Part shown: positions 61,124 to 64,000 of the stretch, piece by piece
How positions within the stretch are numbered: the stretch's first letter is position 1
Layout of the letters: each line of letters opens with the position of its first letter
Source of the DNA: an uncultured delta proteobacterium
GTDB lineage: Bacteria; Desulfobacterota; Binatia; JACPRU01
NCBI GenBank assembly: GCA_963745025.1
Contig: CAVUWD010000002.1
Span: forward strand, 96,001-160,000
Length of the DNA stretch: 64,000 nt
Reading direction: 5' to 3'
Program-made: the position numbers and the translations under genes
Notes under the pieces: generated by a model
Database searches by the model: none
Told to the model about the DNA's origin: nothing
Seen by the model: the letters and a program-made list of their open reading frames with translations, nothing else

Positions 61124-61640
61124 ATGAACGGTCCGATCGCAGGCAAGGTCGTCGTCATCACGGGAGCGAGCAGCGGAATCGGCGAGACGACCGCGAAGCA
61201 TCTGGCGGCGTCCGGGGCGCTGGTCTCCCTCGGAGCGCGCCGCAAGCATCGGCTCGACGCGTTGGTCGATCGACATCAACGTCAAGGGCGTCCTCTACGG
61301 AATCGCTGCCGTGCTGCCGATCATGAGAGAACAAGAGAGCGGTCACATCATCAACGTCTCTTCCGTCGCGGGCCACACGGTGAGACCCGGAAACGCCGTC
61401 TACGCGGCGACAAAGCATGCGGTTCGTGTGATCTCCGAGGGTCTCCGGATGGAAGTCAAGCCGTACGGAATCCGGACCACGATCATCTCCCCGGGTGCCG
61501 TCGCGACGGAGCTCGCCGACAGCGTGACCGAGCCCGACCTCCAGGAGCGGACGCGCGCTTTCTATGCGCTGGCGGTCCCAGCGGACGTGATCGCCCGCGC
61601 GATCGCCTACGCGATTTCCGAGCCACCCGATTCTCGAACC
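61124..61640 (+). pseudogene. SDR oxidoreductase with internal deletion
   Basis: TGASSGIG...RLDALV jumps with a frameshift to DINVKG...SSVAG...YAATK; the NNAG region is missing. Confidence 0.85.
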
Positions 61641-61714
61641 AGACCTGCCCAGAGAAGCAGGAAGGTAAGCGATCGGCACCGAGGATCCAGTCGGTGCAGG
61701 GAGGGACGACTGGG

Positions 61715-62590
61715 GTGACGCAAAGACCGACGCGACTCGACGCGATCGTTCAGGCGGAGCGGCGCTTCGTGTGGCTGGACTGCATGGCCTACGCGCGACG
61801 GCTGTTCGCTCCGAGCGAAGACGTCTGGGGAGAGGTGAGTCGGTTCATCGACGTCGTCCGGCAAGCGCAGCGGCTGGTGGCATCCGAAGTGATCGAGATC
61901 AGTTTGGACGCATTTCATCGGGCTGCGCTCAAGCCGACGTCTGGAGCCGATTCCCGTACCGATCCTCGCGCGGTGTCGTCCCTTCGCCGGCTGCTGCGAG
62001 ACGGAGCGCCCACGAAGCGAGCCTCGGAGAGCATTCGCGGGTTGCACGCGCTCTACCCCGACGTTCCCATCGTCCTCGTGCTGAAGGGCGGTGCCCGCTG
62101 GCTTTCGCTGGCTTCCAACGACCTCGGGTTCGAGAAGTCGTGGGATCGTGAGGACGTGGACGCCAGCAGCGTGTACTTGGCGGATCTCGTGCGATCGTTC
62201 TCGAACGTCGGGGTGGCAGGCATCGTCGTCGACGTGCGAGGCCAAGACGCGGCCTCGGCGCCGGAGCAGGTCGAGCTGCATCGCCCACTGTTCAACGTCG
62301 CGCAGCATTACCAGTGGGTCAAGGGCGTGATGACCGATCCGCCGGCGCTGTTCGATGGATCCGCGCTCGCCGGCCTCGTCGATCTCGTCCTGTGCCCCGA
62401 AATCGATCTTGCCGCGGTCGCCCGACCGGTCGACGGCGTTCCTGTCGGCGGTGGTCTGAATGAGCGGTTCTGGCTGGCAGAAGAGTGTCCCGAGCTACCA
62501 GAGCGGGGCCTATGCTACGGCGAGATCCCCGAGCATGCCGAGCCGGAACAAGTGCTCTCCAGACTGGCCCGACTGCGCGCTCGCGTCTGA
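61715..62590 (+). CDS. Hypothetical protein (about 291 aa)
   Basis: GTG after GGAGGG and a natural-looking sequence; no motif recognised. Confidence 0.65.
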   Translation: MTQRPTRLDAIVQAERRFVWLDCMAYARRLFAPSEDVWGEVSRFIDVVRQAQRLVASEVIEISLDAFHRAALKPTSGADSRTDPRAVSSLRRLLRDGAPTKRASESIRGLHALYPDVPIVLVLKGGARWLSLASNDLGFEKSWDREDVDASSVYLADLVRSFSNVGVAGIVVDVRGQDAASAPEQVELHRPLFNVAQHYQWVKGVMTDPPALFDGSALAGLVDLVLCPEIDLAAVARPVDGVPVGGGLNERFWLAEECPELPERGLCYGEIPEHAEPEQVLSRLARLRARV

Positions 62591-62678
62591 CGCCACCGAA
62601 GCACGTTAGCTCGGCACCATCGCTTCCTGGGGCCTGTCGGGTAGGGACCGGTGCCTGACAGGGCTTGCTCGCTGTACC

Positions 62679-63458
62679 TCAAGCTTTCCGCGCGAGGACG
62701 TTTACTCCATGGACGCCGAACTTCCGTGCGACATTCTCCTTTGAGGTCCCACAGAAGCAATCAAACCGGTCGGTAATCTTCGCCTCCGAAAACCCGACCG
62801 CAGTAAGTAGCGAGAGGAGCTCTGCCTCCGGCAGAGCACCGGCAATTCACGCGGTCCACAAGTCGATGTCGCGGCGCGCCTCATCTGAAACCGCGCTCTC
62901 AAGCGCAATGTCCGCCAGGAACAGCTGCCCTGCGGGCTTGAGCACACGATACATCTCGCGCGCTGCGGTTTCCTTCTCTGGGACCAGGTTGAGGACGCCG
63001 TTCGAGATCACCACGTCAACACTCTCGCTCTCGATGGGTAGCGCAACGGCATCGCCACTCCGCACCTCAACGTTATCGAGACCGGCCGCGCAGGCCCCGC
63101 TGCGCGCTTGGGCGGCCATCGCCTCGGTCATCTCGATCCCAATGGCCCGCCCGCTCGGACCGATGGCGCGGGCCGCAAGCAGCAAGTCCAGGCCGGCACC
63201 ACACCCGACATCAACGACCGTCATCCCGGTCTGCAGCGGCGCGACACGAAGCGGATTGCCGATGCCACTAAACGGGGCGGTCACCTCTGCAGGGAGCGTC
63301 GCGAGCGCCGCGGCGCTGTAGCCCAGTACGGCGACGGCGTACTCCGGGCCGCGGTGAAAATGGAACGTTCCCTGAGGTTCCGTCACCACGCGCGTGTACA
63401 TGGTGTGGATCGCCTCCCGCAGGCGTTGCCTATCCACATCACACGGTAGCGCGATCAT
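62679..63458 (-). CDS. ArsM-like SAM methyltransferase, probable selenoprotein (UGA at 62847-62849 read as Sec204; 259 aa)
   Basis: GNP, VDVGCGAG.D, ISNGVLNL, VLKP.G. After LWTA-TGA the frame continues IAGAL...GF for 55 codons to TGA 62679-62681. Confidence 0.85.
62819..62837 (-). promoter_or_regulatory. Candidate bacterial SECIS hairpin
   Basis: GCUCUGCC-GGA-GGCAGAGC, a perfect 8-bp stem with a G-containing loop, starting 9 nt after the in-frame UGA. Confidence 0.75.
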
Positions 63459-63591
63459 TTGAGGCCCTGTTCCGGCGGACTTTAATGTAGCACTCCAGCG
63501 ACTTCACGATACCATGGCCCGTTACGGGTGGATGTGGCGTTGAACCTGATCCAACCATTCGGTAGGGAATGCGCCTTGAAGGAGGGCACGA

Positions 63592-64000
63592 ATGAAGTCC
63601 ATTACGGATGTCGGCCTGCAAGACGTTACCGCCGTCTACAGTGGAGCAGAAGGAGACCTGTGGGAACTCCTGATGGGTCACCAGATTCACATCGGTGGCT
63701 TCAAGTCTTCGATGGACCTGGCGGAGCGAGCCGGTATTGGCGCAGGGCTCCGCGGCGTCGACCTCTGCTGCTGCAATGGTGCCGGCATGCGATTTCTCGT
63801 GCGCTTCCGTGAGGTCGCCGGCATGACTGGTGTTGACGCGACCGAAACCGTGGTGAACCGCGGGCGTCAACGCTGTCAGGAGGAAGGCCTCGCCGACCGG
63901 ATTCGTTTCGTCCTTGGAGACGTCTGCAACAGCGGGCTGCCGGCGGGCAGCGCCGATTTCGTCTGGGGCGAGGATGCCTGGTGCTATGTGACCGACAAGC
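63592..64000 (+). CDS. Class I SAM methyltransferase, 3'-partial (not in the ORF track)
   Basis: SD AAGGAGG; MKSITDVG...HIGG...VDLCCCNGAG...GVDAT...GD...DFVWGEDAWCYV, open to the window end. Confidence 0.85.
   Translation, partial: MKSITDVGLQDVTAVYSGAEGDLWELLMGHQIHIGGFKSSMDLAERAGIGAGLRGVDLCCCNGAGMRFLVRFREVAGMTGVDATETVVNRGRQRCQEEGLADRIRFVLGDVCNSGLPAGSADFVWGEDAWCYVTDK

Noticed and set aside
61124-62590. 488-aa SDR fusion protein
   Set aside because: Produced by the deletion frameshift in the SDR pseudogene running into the next gene's frame.

Overview
A high-GC bacterial chromosomal window with about 55 genes or gene remnants. The catabolic gene content suggests a soil/sediment heterotroph such as Binatia or a related deltaproteobacterial lineage; this is inference, since no marker gene is present. 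I found no rRNA, tRNA, CRISPR array, integrase or transposase. Contents from left to right: surface-glycosylation genes; miscellaneous redox and transport genes; a broken type III PKS plus methyltransferase locus interleaved with acyl-CoA ligase and acyl-CoA dehydrogenase fragments; an S1 paralog; EmrAB-type efflux; a CoA-transferase plus 2-oxoacid/acetoin dehydrogenase (E1a/E1b/E2) operon; boxC-boxB benzoyl-CoA epoxidation genes with a decaying lower pathway; LigD phosphoesterase; P450-EthD; rmlCD; a SET/methyltransferase and QueC-like/pteridine-reductase-like block; a frameshifted B12 radical SAM gene; and a divergent methyltransferase pair. The strongest hidden signal is at 62679-63458 (-). 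This ArsM-like methyltransferase continues through an in-frame UGA at the conserved Cys position (LWTA-U-IAGAL), and a perfect SECIS-like hairpin follows immediately, so it is a probable selenoprotein. It has lost the other ArsM cysteines and is paired head-to-head with a Cys-Cys-Cys methyltransferase. Also notable are a 167-bp MITE-like palindrome, a 5 x 11-bp phased repeat, an insertion in the PKS bounded by a 22-bp direct repeat (copies 850 bp apart), and several genes with large internal deletions. All product calls come from motif recognition by eye; no database search was run.
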